Assembly: GCA_951406725.2 (NCBI GenBank)
Contig: OX597841.1
Location: 26,536,001-26,600,000 of the forward strand
Length of the DNA stretch: 64,000 nt
Direction of reading: 5' to 3'
Source of the DNA: Octopus vulgaris
Taxonomy: Eukaryota
Shown: in pieces, positions 44,591 to 57,214 of the stretch
Position numbering within the stretch: position 1 is the stretch's first letter
Layout: every line of letters starts with the position of its first letter
Made by a program: the position numbers and the translations under genes
The notes under the pieces: generated by a model
Seen by the model: only the letters and a program-made list of their open reading frames with translations
What the model was told of the DNA's origin: nothing
The model's database searches: none

Positions 44591-44636
44591 GTTACAGTTG
44601 AAAAGGTCTCAAAATGACCGAAACCGGTACTGAAAT
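44591..44636 (+). ncRNA. Type I hammerhead, U3-A8 core variant (family H5)
   Basis: GTTACAG-TTGAAAA-GGTC tcaaaat GACC-GAAA-CCGG-TA-CTGAAAT; palindromic ACCGGT stem III; GUA site. Confidence 0.75.
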
Positions 44637-44714
44637 GTTCTTTATAAAATTATTTTAGCATTTTCTATTTTGACTTGTTTTTTCATATATATCAACTCGT
44701 GTGTTCCTTTTCAC

Positions 44715-44778
<64 letters not shown>

Positions 44779-45026
44779 CTGAGCCAATGAGAAAGACCAG
44801 TTCATGGTAACTAAACCCTGTAGAAATACATGCAAAATTTCTCTCACAAATAGCACCCTATATTCTTAGGTGTATGTATGCTACTATTCAGTTTTATTTC
44901 AAGATTTCTTGCCAGTAAAGAAAGAACCGGTTTCTAACCTAGGTCCAAGGCCCCTTCTTTGGAATTTCAACAACATCAACAGAGTATCATCATCATCATC
45001 GCAATCATCATCACCACTATCATCGC

Positions 45027-45073
<47 letters not shown>

Positions 45074-45102
45074 CCATCATCATCACCATCGCAATCATCA
45101 TT

Positions 45103-45142
<40 letters not shown>

Positions 45143-45206
45143 CCATCATCATCACCATCGCAATCATCATTTTCATCATCATCATTACCTCCACCATCAT
45201 CAACGC

Positions 45207-45248
<42 letters not shown>

Positions 45249-45994
45249 TCCCATCACAGTAATCATGATCATCATCTTCATAAACAGAGACAAAAATATT
45301 TCACCACCGCCACCACCACCTAAACATTGGACACCACCACCACCTTCATCATCGCAAATACCACCACCATCACGACCACCTTCATTATCACCATTGCCAC
45401 TACAACCATTCTAATCCATACCAGTACCATCAGAACCACCACGATACATCCGTCTCCACAATCACCATCAACGTGACCTCCACCACTACCACAACACCAC
45501 CACCATCATCGTCGACACCAACATCAGAACCACGGCCACCACTACCACCACCAACACCACCACCACTAATGTATATAGACATATATAATAGACATAGCAG
45601 CCAAATCTGCCTCGTATTACACCCTACTGTCTTATGTATGTATATATGTATGTATGAGCCAGTGAGAGAGACCTCTACAATGTAGCTAGACCTGGTAGAA
45701 ATAGTAGCCAAATCTGCCTCAAATCATACATCAAAACCACTACTATGACAATCACCAACACCCTCACCACAACCATCACCGCCACCACCACCACCACCAT
45801 GACCAGGACCACCATTACAACCACTATAACCATTACCACCACTGCCACCACCGCCGCCACCACCACCACAGCCATCACCGCCACCACCACAACCGCTACC
45901 AACACTACCACCATCAACATCACTACCACAATTACCACCACCACCACCTCCACCATCATCACAACCATCACCGCTGCCACCGCCACCACTACTA

Positions 45995-46225
45995 CCTATT
46001 TCTTTATTGCCCTCAAGGGGCTAAACACAGAGGGGACAAACAAGGACAGACATAGGTATTAAGTCGATTACATCGACCCCAGTGCGTAACTGGTACTTAA
46101 TTTATCGACCCCGAAAGGATGAAAGGCAAAGTCGACCTCGGCGGAATTTGAACTCACGACGTAACGCAGACGAAATACCGCTAAGCATCTCGCCCGGCGT
46201 GCTAACGCGTCTGCCAGCTCGCCAC
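45995..46225 (-). mobile_element. SINE B inside a (CAC/CTA) tract
   Basis: Full family B sequence. Confidence 0.85.
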
Positions 46226-46720
46226 CTTTATACCACTACTACCACCACCTTTATACCACTACTACCACTACCACCACTACAACCACTACCGCCATCACAA
46301 CCATCACCGCTGCCACCGCCACCACTATTACCACAACCACCACTACCACCGCCACCATCACTACCACTATCACCACTACTACAACCACGACCATGACCAC
46401 CATTACAACCACTACAACCGTTACCACCACCAACACTAATACCACCAACACTACCATCACCACCACAACCACCACCACCATCGACATCACGCCATCCTAC
46501 CATTTCCACGATAGCAAAAAAACAACAACAACAACAACAACAAAAATTCCCCCCCTCCCCCCAAAAAAATAAATAAAAAAATAAAAGAGTTAATTTATGT
46601 TAATCGTCTTGAGCGCAAACCACCCAATCTTTACCGTTCTTGAAACGCTGCCATAATAATCAGTAGAACTCCAAGAACTGTGGAATATCAGCATTGTTAA
46701 CTAGAACACACAGACACACA

Positions 46721-46774
<54 letters not shown>

Positions 46775-47007
46775 TACATGCATGCTACATACAAACACAT
46801 ACATACGTGCACATACACACACATACATATATACCCACAGATTTATTATATATAAATATATACACACATGCTTGTATATGTATATTGTGTAAATTTATGT
46901 GTGTATATATATATATGTACATATGCATTATGATATACATGTATGTATATATAATATATATTTTGTATATGTATGTATATATATTTTCCATGCATACCTA
47001 TATATAG

Positions 47008-47065
<58 letters not shown>

Positions 47066-48204
47066 GCATATATATATGTGTGTGTGTATATATATATCTG
47101 TGTATGTGTGTGTGTGTTAATACCTATAGATACAACACGCTTTCGATAGCTTTTTCTTATATATGTTTGTGCGCGTGTATACACATATATAATTATATAA
47201 CATATACGTGTACACACATACACGTGCATAGGTTTACACATATACATCTGTCTGTGTATATATCTAAGCATACACACCTAAACCGAGAAAAGATCTCTCT
47301 CTCTCTCTCGCTCTCTACATACATATATATGTATGTGTTTGTATATATGTATATATATATATATGTGTGTTTGTGTGTATGCGTGAGTGTATATATGTAT
47401 GTATATGCCATTTACTTTCGAATTCTCTGTCTTTGCTCTCCTCTCTCTCACACTCTCCTTTTTTTTCGATTTGTTTTAATTTGGCAAGGACCCAAACCCT
47501 GGGAAAAGTTTTTCCCTGGGAACACACAGGCGTTCATCTTAAATCTTCTTTCACCCAATATACTTACTGTATAGTACATATATATACATATATATATATA
47601 TATATACTTACATACGTGTGTGTGTGTGTGTGATTATTGGTGTCTGATGTTTTCAGAGCTGAAATAAAATTAAAAAAAAAGAAAGAAAACGAAAAAAAAA
47701 AAAAAAACCCCAGCCAGTTATGAACTCTCTTTTTGATTGTGGACTACATAATTAAGTCAATGAGGAAATAGAATTGAACTGGAGATGAATTTTATATATA
47801 TACAGTATATACATATATATATAATATATATATATATATACTGTATATATATATATATATATATATTTAGTATCTATATATACAGTATCTATCTATATAT
47901 CTATATAGTATATATATATATGTATATATAGTATATATATAGTATCTATATATATACAGTATCTATATTTATATATAGTATATATATACACACTTATATT
48001 TGTGTGTATGTATATATATGCGTCTATGTATATATAGGTATATATGCATGTATATATAGGTATATATACATATATAACAAAGTGAAATTGTAAGCTACCG
48101 CACGAATGTTTCAAACCTTTCATATATATATACACACATATATATACATAAATAGGTGAGTGGATATATATATATAAATATATATATATATATTTATATG
48201 TATG

Positions 48205-48244
<40 letters not shown>

Positions 48245-48782
48245 TATGTATGCAGATATGTACGAATGTATGTATATGAATGAATATTCATATACCTACA
48301 CCTTCATGTATAAACATATATACATCCATACACACACACACACACACATAATTTCCCCCCACACGGTAAAATATGGCCACGCATAATTTCGCACGTTTCG
48401 ATATGTGTTTGTAATGTACGTCTCTCGCTGTACACATCTGCATTCTTGAAGAACGGTTTCCAGAGAAGAAACTTAGAACTTTCCAATTTTCTTCCGTCAA
48501 TGTTCTGTATGCGAACCCCTTTCGCCACGCGTAATTTGACAATAAAGCTCTCCGTCGTTGGTCAATGCATTCTGCGCCCACAAAATCCCCTTCTAGAGTC
48601 ACCATTCTTCCCGAAAGTCAAACTAACACACCTGCTTGTTGCTCCGTCACCTGTCTTCGTCTTTTGTTTTCTGTAAATTTGAACCATGTATTGACCCAAT
48701 AATGCAGAAAAATGGACGCTGTAAAAAATTTCTATTACTTGTTTCGTACGTGGGTATAGTCAGTTTGTTTGTACGCAGCGCC

Positions 48783-49173
48783 TGTGGTACGAGGAGATAG
48801 TGATAAATCAGGTATAGCTGATCATGTACGGAAAGACAGAGACCACCTCCTCCAGTGGGATGAAGTTAAAATCATAGACAGAGAACACCACTGGAAAATA
48901 CGAAAACTAAAAGAGGCAGCACATATGCTAGGACATAATAACCTCCCAAGCAGACCTAGTGCAGATATAAGTAGCATATGGAAACCGGTATTAAGGAAGG
49001 ATCCGCCAAGGGCGACTTTGCCTTTCATCCTTTCGGGGTTGATAAATTAAGTACCAGTTACGCACTGGGGTCGATGTAATCGACTTAATACCTATGTCTG
49101 TCCTTGCTTGTCCCCTCTGTGTTTAGCCCCTTGTGGGTAATAAAGAAATAGGTATTAAGGAAGGATAAGAAAA
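48783..49173 (+). pseudogene. Penelope GIY-YIG C-terminal fragment interrupted by truncated SINE B (49003-49150)
   Basis: RGDSDKSGIADHVRK...WDEVKIIDREHHWKIRKLKEA; duplicated GGTATTAAGGAAGGAT at 48987-49002 and 49151-49166. Confidence 0.85.
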
Positions 49174-49219
49174 GCAAATAGCAAATAGAGCAGTAGTTTA
49201 GAGGCAGACTATACCAAAA

Positions 49220-49255
49220 ACGCGGGAGACCGGGGTTCGATTCCCCGCTGGGGAG
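49220..49255 (+). pseudogene. 3' half of tRNA-Asp(GTC)
   Basis: ACGCGGGAGACCGGGGTTCGATTCCCCGCTGGGGAG matches metazoan tRNA-Asp from just after the anticodon. No CCA; followed by a trailer with T8. Confidence 0.85.
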
Positions 49256-49277
49256 ACATTTGTATTTTTTTTAAAAA

Positions 49278-49524
49278 GGCGGCGAGCTGGTAGAAATGTT
49301 AGCACGTCGGGCGAAATGCTTAGTGGTATGTCGTCTGCCGTTACGTTGTGAGTTCAAATTCCGCCGAGGTCGTCTTTACCTTTCGTCCTTTCGGGGTCGA
49401 TAAATTAAGTACCAGTTACGCACTGGGGTCGATGTAATCGACTTAATCCGTGTGTCTGTCCTTGTTTTTCCCCTCTGTGTGTAGCCCCTCTGTGTGTAGC
49501 CCCTTGTGGGTAGTAAAGAATCAA
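49278..49524 (+). mobile_element. SINE B, co-inserted with the tRNA-Asp half
   Basis: Direct repeat AGACTATACCAAA at 49206-49218 and 49525-49537 brackets both pieces. Confidence 0.85.
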
Positions 49525-49689
49525 AGACTATACCAAAGACAAGCTCAATAGGTAATTTACTTAACAAGTAATTTTTATTTTATTTTATCTAGTTTTAGCT
49601 CACGAGCTGTGGCCATGCTGGGGCAACTTTTCCTGCGTCCATTTTTCTGGACGTTATGCATTAATGGGTTAAACACAGAAACAAAGGCT

Positions 49690-50305
49690 ATACTTTATTT
49701 ACATTATTTACATTTGACGGATATTTGTCCCCAGCTAGTTTGTTGTTAACACAACCTTTCGGCTGATGTATTCTCCAGCCTTCATCAGGTGTCCTGGGGA
49801 AATTTCGAACCTGGGTTCTCATTCTTAAGGTATTTTTCGATGTTGTTGTTGTTGTTATTCAGGTCACTGCCTGGAATCAAACTCGGAATTTTGGGGTTAG
49901 ACCCCGCGCTCTTAACCATATGCCCGTGGGCATATATGGAGTGAATTTTGGGGCTTATAAATCTAATATTTTCTTATCCTTCCTTATTACCGGTTTCCAT
50001 ATGCTACTCATATCTGCACTAGGTCTGCTTAGGAGGTTATTATGTCCTAGCATATGTGCTACCTCTTTTAGTTTTCGTATTTTCCAGTGGTGTTCTCTGT
50101 CTATGATTTTAACTTCATCCCACAGGCTGAGGTGGTCTGCGTCTTTCCGTACATGATCAGCTATACCTGATTTATCACTATCTCCCCGTATCATAGCTTT
50201 GCGATGTTCGTCTACCCTTATTTGGAGGTGGCAGCATGTTTCGCCTTTGTATAACCTACCACAGCTGCATGGGATGGAGTACACGTAGTCGTTGATCGTA
50301 TTCTC
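49690..50305 (-). mobile_element. Penelope-like element 3' end: GIY-YIG ORF remnant (50284-49955) plus pLTR
   Basis: VYSIPCSCGRLYKGET...RVDEH is the PLE GIY-YIG signature; followed by a tRNA-like segment and an HHR. Confidence 0.9.
49749..49792 (-). ncRNA. Minimal type I hammerhead in the PLE pLTR (stem III apparently mutated)
   Basis: ACAC-CTGATGA-A-GGCTG n10 CAGCC-GAAA-GG-TT-GTGT; AGGT replaces the palindromic ACGT seen in other families. Confidence 0.8.
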
Positions 50306-50320
50306 TATATACTATCACAC

Positions 50321-50500
50321 TATACTATCAGCTGGGAATTAATAAGTACTGCAAAACCATACAGAACGGGAATTAGTAAATGTGAGTTGTGCACAGAAGA
50401 ATTATACCAAATTTTTACATCTCAGGGTAATGTAATCATCCGAGGGTGATGTAATTCTAGACAGGAACAAGCTTTGAGATGCTTGTATATGGGGACATTT
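50321..50500 (+). pseudogene. Second-type Penelope endonuclease C-terminal fragment
   Basis: YTISWELISTAKPYRTGISKCELCTEELYQI fits the W.I...A.PY...C.LC..E pattern found downstream of PLE GIY-YIG. Confidence 0.65.
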
Positions 50501-50524
50501 ACATTTGCTCATTATAAATGAGTA

Positions 50525-50884
50525 ATTAGTTAGTTAGTTAGTTAGTTAATTTGGCTCAAAAGCAAATAGCATGGCCATGTAGGGGGACATGGAGTTAAGT
50601 ACAGGGTGGTGTTCATGTAAAGAGTTCAGGCCACTTGAGGTCAAGGGAGACTTTGAACAAAGCGGTCGTCGGCATCTTCACCATCTCGTCTGGCAGCTTG
50701 TTCCACGGATCCGCAACCCGGACGGAGAAAGCTCCTCTCCTTCGATTGAGATGAAATCGTCGCAGGTAGAGCTTTTCGGAATGACCCCGCAGCCGACGCT
50801 CTGAAGCAGGAGTGAAGAACAGCTCTTTCGAAAGGTTACACTTTCCGCTTATGATGTTGTAGGCGAGAATGAGATCACCACGTA
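50525..50884 (-). mobile_element. CR1 LINE 3' end
   Basis: RGDLILAYNII...LRGHSEKL...RRGAFSVRVADPWNKLP; (AACT)n tail at 50525-50548. Confidence 0.9.
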
Positions 50885-51050
50885 ATAAACATTTATACAA
50901 CAGAATGTTTTGAAATAACCGGCTATAAGTGATTATCCAATCAAAACTTGAATTGAAGGTAGTTCGCGGCTAAATTTACGAACTACTCCTCATCATACAA
51001 CGCAGAGTAGAAAAACGAAATGCTTTAAACCGTTAAATCAAAGGATATTA

Positions 51051-51503
51051 CCTGCCTGATAAGAAACTGAGACACTCTTATGTCCTGGTGATGAGCCTGA
51101 TTGATTTAGAGGGATCGTTGTCAATCATGGTCTGGATCTCACCAACAAATTCGGGAGTTCTTTTCTTACCAGAACGATCAGATTGTGTTTTCCGAGCTGC
51201 CGTACCTTCGAAATCACTATTAGTTTCATCAGAAACCTCTTTCTGAGTCCTCTGCACTGTCTTCAGATTGACTCCCAAAACACTCTGAAATGTTCGTATT
51301 GTAGCTTCGTGCATGAATGCGAAGCAGAACAGCATGCCGTTTCCAAATTTCTGCCAGAGTGAATTGCATCATGGTGCTGTTTTTCTCAATGACGGTGCCC
51401 AACTGACCCTACTATACTGTGTAGTCGGCAAAATCAGAAACAAACAATGCGCATGCGCGAAATTAAAAATATAAAATGACGACAATTTACCCATCACACC
51501 CTG
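51051..51503 (-). mobile_element. Tc1/mariner-superfamily left end with transposase HTH remnant
   Basis: Terminus CAGGGTGTGATGGGTAAATTG; GVNLKTVQR...RSGKKRTPEFV..I..DPSKSIR. Confidence 0.75.
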
Positions 51504-52712
51504 CATGGATTCAAGTATTGCTTCGGATCCGCTATGTTTGTCCCATTTCCTAGATATAGCAGCCAAATATCTCTCAAATAACCTCATACCTTGTTAGAAA
51601 AACAGTCTGTTTAGATCTTGTGCTACACGGTTCTGTGTACATTGATTAAAAAAAAAGACCGGATGGGCACGGCTGGAGTGTCGTCTTTATTGACCATTGG
51701 TCAGTTTATTCAAGATAGGGTTCATCTGGACAGAAATAAACATCAGTTACCAGCCTGAAAGCACCATCACCACCAACGCCAACGCCATCACCACTACCAT
51801 TATCAACACTATCACCACCACCATCACTCCCGCCACACCTACCACGACCATCACCACCACTACCACCATCAGCATTACTGTCACCATCACCACCACCACG
51901 ACAACCACAACCACCATCATAACCACCAACGCCGCCACCACATTCGCCTCCACTGCTACCCCCGCCACCACCGCTACCCCCGCCACCACCTTATCCACCA
52001 CCACCGGCACCACTACCACCATCATCACCACCACCGGCACCACTACCACCATCATCACCACCACCACCACCATCATCACCACGACGACCACCAGCACCAC
52101 CATCACCATCAGCACAACAACGACCACGTCCACCAACACCGCCACTACTACAACTAGCACTCCGATCACCCCCCATGACCACCACCCAAGACGATGCTAC
52201 AGTTATCCCCCGACATCGCACTTCTACCTTCAAAAACAATCATTTCTTCATCATAATCATCATCATCATCATCCTCATCATCATCATCATCATCATCATC
52301 AGCAACATCATCATCATCATCATCATCATCCTCATCATCATCATCCTCATCATCATCATCATCACCATCATCATCATCGTCGTCGTCGTCGTCTTGAACA
52401 ACAATAATACTGTCACATAAACACCACGATCACCGCTCCAACGACGACCACCACCATCACCATCAGCCCCCCCCCGACCATCACCATCTGGGTCCCACTT
52501 CCCCCCCCTCTCTCTCTCTCTCTCTCTCGCTCGCCGACATGACCGTCAACACCCAGCAAGACAAATTTACAATTTAACGCTTACAGGACTCGCTCGTTTA
52601 TCACCTTTGTCCACTTAAATTGCTAAATAAGAGGGCCAACACATATACACACATACACGTATATATGTATGTAAACGCATACATCTTTGTACATGTATAC
52701 ATATACGTGTAT

Positions 52713-52750
<38 letters not shown>

Positions 52751-52786
52751 GTGTGTGTGTGTGTGTGTGTATATATAGTGATGTGT

Positions 52787-52830
<44 letters not shown>

Positions 52831-52916
52831 CACACACATATATGTATATGTATGTTCACACAAGCATATACATATATGTAGATACGTGTGTGTGTATGTA
52901 TGTGTTTATGTGTGTT

Positions 52917-52952
<36 letters not shown>

Positions 52953-52978
52953 CATACATACACATACAAATATATATA

Positions 52979-53025
<47 letters not shown>

Positions 53026-53039
53026 GCATATATATATAT

Positions 53040-53108
<69 letters not shown>

Positions 53109-53264
53109 CAAGAACAGGATATAAAACTAGATGCAATATAAAAACGCACTGCTCCAGCATGGCAGCCAGCAATCCGATCGCTGAAAAGTAAAATGGTGTC
53201 TGCGAATCGCAACGTACCCGTTGAGCATGTATGTACTCTACAGTAGGGATGGTAGTAGTAGTAT

Positions 53265-53565
53265 TGTGAGGCGCAATAGTCCAGTGGTTAGGACAGCGGA
53301 CTCGCGGTCGTAGGATCGCGGTTTCGATTACCAGACCTGGCGTTGTGAGTTTTTTATTGAGCGACAGCGCCTAAATCTCCACGAAGCGAACCCTGCTGTA
53401 CTCTTTCACCACAACTTTCTCTCACTCTTACTTCCTGTTTCTGTTGTACCTGTATTTCAAAGGGGCCAGACTTGTCACACACTGTGTCACGCTGAATCTC
53501 CCCCGAGAACTATTCCGTTGATCGGATCAGCTGAAACCCTCGTCGTCGCAACCGACGGAGTGCCA
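53265..53565 (+). mobile_element. SINE C, internally deleted
   Basis: Family C head and tail within (TAG)n. Confidence 0.8.
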
Positions 53566-53566
53566 C

Positions 53567-53600
<34 letters not shown>

Positions 53601-54146
53601 TGTTGACGTTTCTGTGGATAATCGGATAATCCATATCTAATTTGATACACAAAGAAAATGTCAACAAAATCCTACACAGAGCCCTGTAATGGGCAAGAAG
53701 TTTGGGGTCGTTCCTATCTGTTTCGCATACCCTTCGGGAAGTACGCGACCTCTGGCATCCGTGCATGGCCACGACACACACATACACACACACTTGAACT
53801 TACACTCGCACGCACACGCACATACATATATATATATATATATATGATCACTACAATTAGTGACTTCACTAAACCGGAAAACCCGATTTGCATAAATAAT
53901 GCATTGCTGGCAGATGGTTTCGATGAATTAATTGATTATAGGATACGCCAAGCTGTGTGTACGTATTTGATACTGTAATTATGCTGTGGAGTTAAATCTA
54001 TTGTTAATAAGACATGTTGTAGGTGGTACACACACTGTGTGTGTGTGTATGTGTGTAAGTGTAGAGGTGTAAGGTGATATCAGGGAAACTCTAAAGAAAT
54101 ACCTGTACAGTCTGTCCGTGCGCTCTATGCATATATATATATATAC

Positions 54147-54219
<73 letters not shown>

Positions 54220-54441
54220 CGTATACAGACATACATGCACATACATACACACACACACACATATATATATACAGAGATAGAATGCGGTGGAGAGAGGGAG
54301 AGACAACTGTGTGTGTGTATGTATGTATGCATGCATGTGTGTGTGCGTTTGTATGTATGTATTATGCATGTATAACATTCACTCCCACGCATGTACTCCA
54401 TATCAACATACACACTAAATATATATATATACGTGTGTGTG

Positions 54442-54497
<56 letters not shown>

Positions 54498-54498
54498 T

Positions 54499-54532
<34 letters not shown>

Positions 54533-54540
54533 GCATACAT

Positions 54541-54596
<56 letters not shown>

Positions 54597-54772
54597 CTTA
54601 CACACGAACACACACACGCACACATAAATGTGTGTATCCATGGTTGTGTGTGTTTGTGTTTTTGTATACGGTCGCATATCTGTCTGTTTGTCGTTCACTA
54701 ATTTTCACTACACCTTCCGTTTAAACACTGCCTTTCTTTTCTTTCTTTCTTCCTTCCTTCCTTCCTTCCTTC

Positions 54773-54845
<73 letters not shown>

Positions 54846-55158
54846 TTCCTTTCTTCCTTCCTTTCTTTCTTTCTTTCTTTCTTTCTTCCCTTCTTCATTC
54901 TTCCACTCTCATTTTTTTTCTCTTTCTCTCCTTTATTCATATTTAATAACCAATTTATTTTACACATCTGTAATACCTCGCTACTCACCCCACCCCCTAA
55001 TCGCCACCAGGTAGAGAGAGATGTATGTTTGTTTTTATTCAACTACCTCCTTATCTCTCTCTCTCTGTATATATATCTATATATGTGTGTAGACATACAT
55101 ACACACACTCACACATACACATATATATATATGTACGTTCACATATATATGTATATAT

Positions 55159-55200
<42 letters not shown>

Positions 55201-55286
55201 GAAATAAATAGACGAACACACACACACACGCCACATACATGCACGTATATACAAAGATAGACAGACAGGCAGATAGATAGGTTGCT

Positions 55287-55317
<31 letters not shown>

Positions 55318-55417
55318 ACTAGGTGGACAAGATATGATAAATACACAGATAAATAGACATACATACATACATACATATATATATGTATACACACACAACA
55401 CACACACACACATACAT

Positions 55418-55458
<41 letters not shown>

Positions 55459-55533
55459 GATAGATAACTAGGTAGATAATACAGGTAGATAGATAGGATA
55501 AATAGATAGCTGAATAGATAGACAGACATATAT

Positions 55534-55579
<46 letters not shown>

Positions 55580-55676
55580 ATGTGTATATACTAGAAGAAA
55601 ATCAAGACTAAGACCAAGACAGAAGGAGTGTCTCAATTCATTTAGAATAATTTAATTAGGGTATGGTAAATTTGAA

Positions 55677-55745
55677 GCCTTACAGCCGTTTCGGGAATAA
55701 CCCAAATGGAAAGTTAGTATGTCCACGCACTGGGTCATCAGAGAC
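55677..55745 (-). ncRNA. Degenerate type I hammerhead (stem II 5' strand partly deleted)
   Basis: GTCT-CTGATGA-CCCA...TGGG-TTATTCCC-GAAA-CGGCTG-TA-AGGC; TTATTCCC lacks a partner. Confidence 0.5.
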
Positions 55746-55814
55746 AAGGTGTGAGTATTTTAGACAGGAGAAAAATTCAGTTTACAAGGAAGAAAATAGA
55801 AGAATAAAAAGTAT

Positions 55815-56163
55815 AGGCGCAGGAGTGGCTGTGTGGTAAGTAGCTTGCTTACCAACCACATGGTTACGGGTTGCGTGGCACCCCAAAGGCAAGTGTCTTC
55901 TACTAGAAGCCTTGTGAGTGGATTTAAAAGTAATTAAGATTCAAGACGGAAACTGAAAGAATGCCCCCGTCGATATATATCAACAAGAAAAAGCAACAAA
56001 AATGGATCAATATTTCGGTACAATTGTTTTGAGAACTCAGATGTTTTTTCGGCTGATGAGTACGGGCCACGTGTATTTGCTGCAATATTTGCAGCCTTAA
56101 TAAAGGTGTCTTCGTACGAAACAATTGTACCGAAATATTGATCCATTTTGGTTGCTTTTTTCT

Positions 56164-56203
<40 letters not shown>

Positions 56204-56415
56204 TGTGTGTGTGTGTGTGTGTGTGTTTATATGTATGTGTGTGTATATGTTTGTGTGTCTACTTGTCTCCGCAACATCGCTTAACAACTGATGCTGGTGT
56301 GTTTACGTCCCCGTACGAGACCGATAGAATAAGCTCTGGGGTCGATTTGCTCGACGAAAGGCGGTGCTCCAGCATGGCCGCAGTCAAATGACTGAAACAA
56401 GAGTAAAAGAGTAAA
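55815..56415 (+). mobile_element. SINE A interrupted in its internal (TA)n by an H3 pLTR element (~55981-56166)
   Basis: Head at 55815-55972 and tail at 56250-56415. Confidence 0.8.
56047..56135 (+). ncRNA. Intact type I hammerhead with extended stem II (family H3)
   Basis: TTTCGG-CTGATGA-GTACG...CGTAC-GAAA-CAATTG-TA-CCGAAA; palindromic ACAATTGT; predicted cleavage after 56129. Confidence 0.9.
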
Positions 56416-56527
56416 TGTAGAATGTGTGTGTGTGTGTCTGTTTGTGTGTGTATAGATAAATAGATTGATAGACAGATAGACTGACAGACAGACAGACAGA
56501 TCGACAGATAGATAGATAGATAGATAT

Positions 56528-56593
<66 letters not shown>

Positions 56594-56613
56594 GGATAGA
56601 TAGATAGAAAGAT

Positions 56614-56676
<63 letters not shown>

Positions 56677-56706
56677 GATAGATAGATAGATATAGACAGA
56701 TAGATT

Positions 56707-56910
<204 letters not shown>

Positions 56911-57214
56911 TGAAGCATGGATAGGCAAAAACAGAAACAAGAGAACTACGTAAAACATGGAAGGAAATGGAAGAATAAAAAGCAAAAAAAAAAAGTAAAG
57001 CAAGAAAAAAAAATATATATGCATATAGAAACAGTGTAAGGGAGAGGAGGACAGTTCGCGCTCGTATGTGTACGTGGCTGTATTCGGTGCCAAGGGCATT
57101 CGGTGCAAAGGTCTCGTTTTTCGTACTGTGCTATTCTCAGAGCTGTTCCGATGCCGACCAATGTTAAAGCCATTAAAAGCGTCATTGACATTGAGAAGAC
57201 CCGCGTTAGAAGCC

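Larger units (their letters stand above)
44248..44685. repeat. ~206 bp-arm near-perfect inverted repeat (family H5 pLTR plus inverted copy)
   Basis: 44248-44454 is the reverse complement of 44480-44685 with few mismatches and a 25 nt spacer; embedded in (TA)n. Confidence 0.95.
48695..49668. mobile_element. piggyBac-like MITE carrying nested insertions
   Basis: Left end TTGA|CCCAATAATGCAGAAAAATGGACGC; right end GCGTCCATTTTTCTG...GCATTAATGGG|TTAA. CCC/GGG termini with TTAA-type flanks. Confidence 0.6.

Noticed and set aside
48444-48479. TTC-TTGAAGA...GAAACTTA-GAA hammerhead-like string
   Set aside because: Unpaired U3/G8 and no stem II.
49955-50284. 109 aa ORF as a host gene
   Set aside because: GTG start inside a truncated Penelope endonuclease domain, with a second decayed copy nearby.
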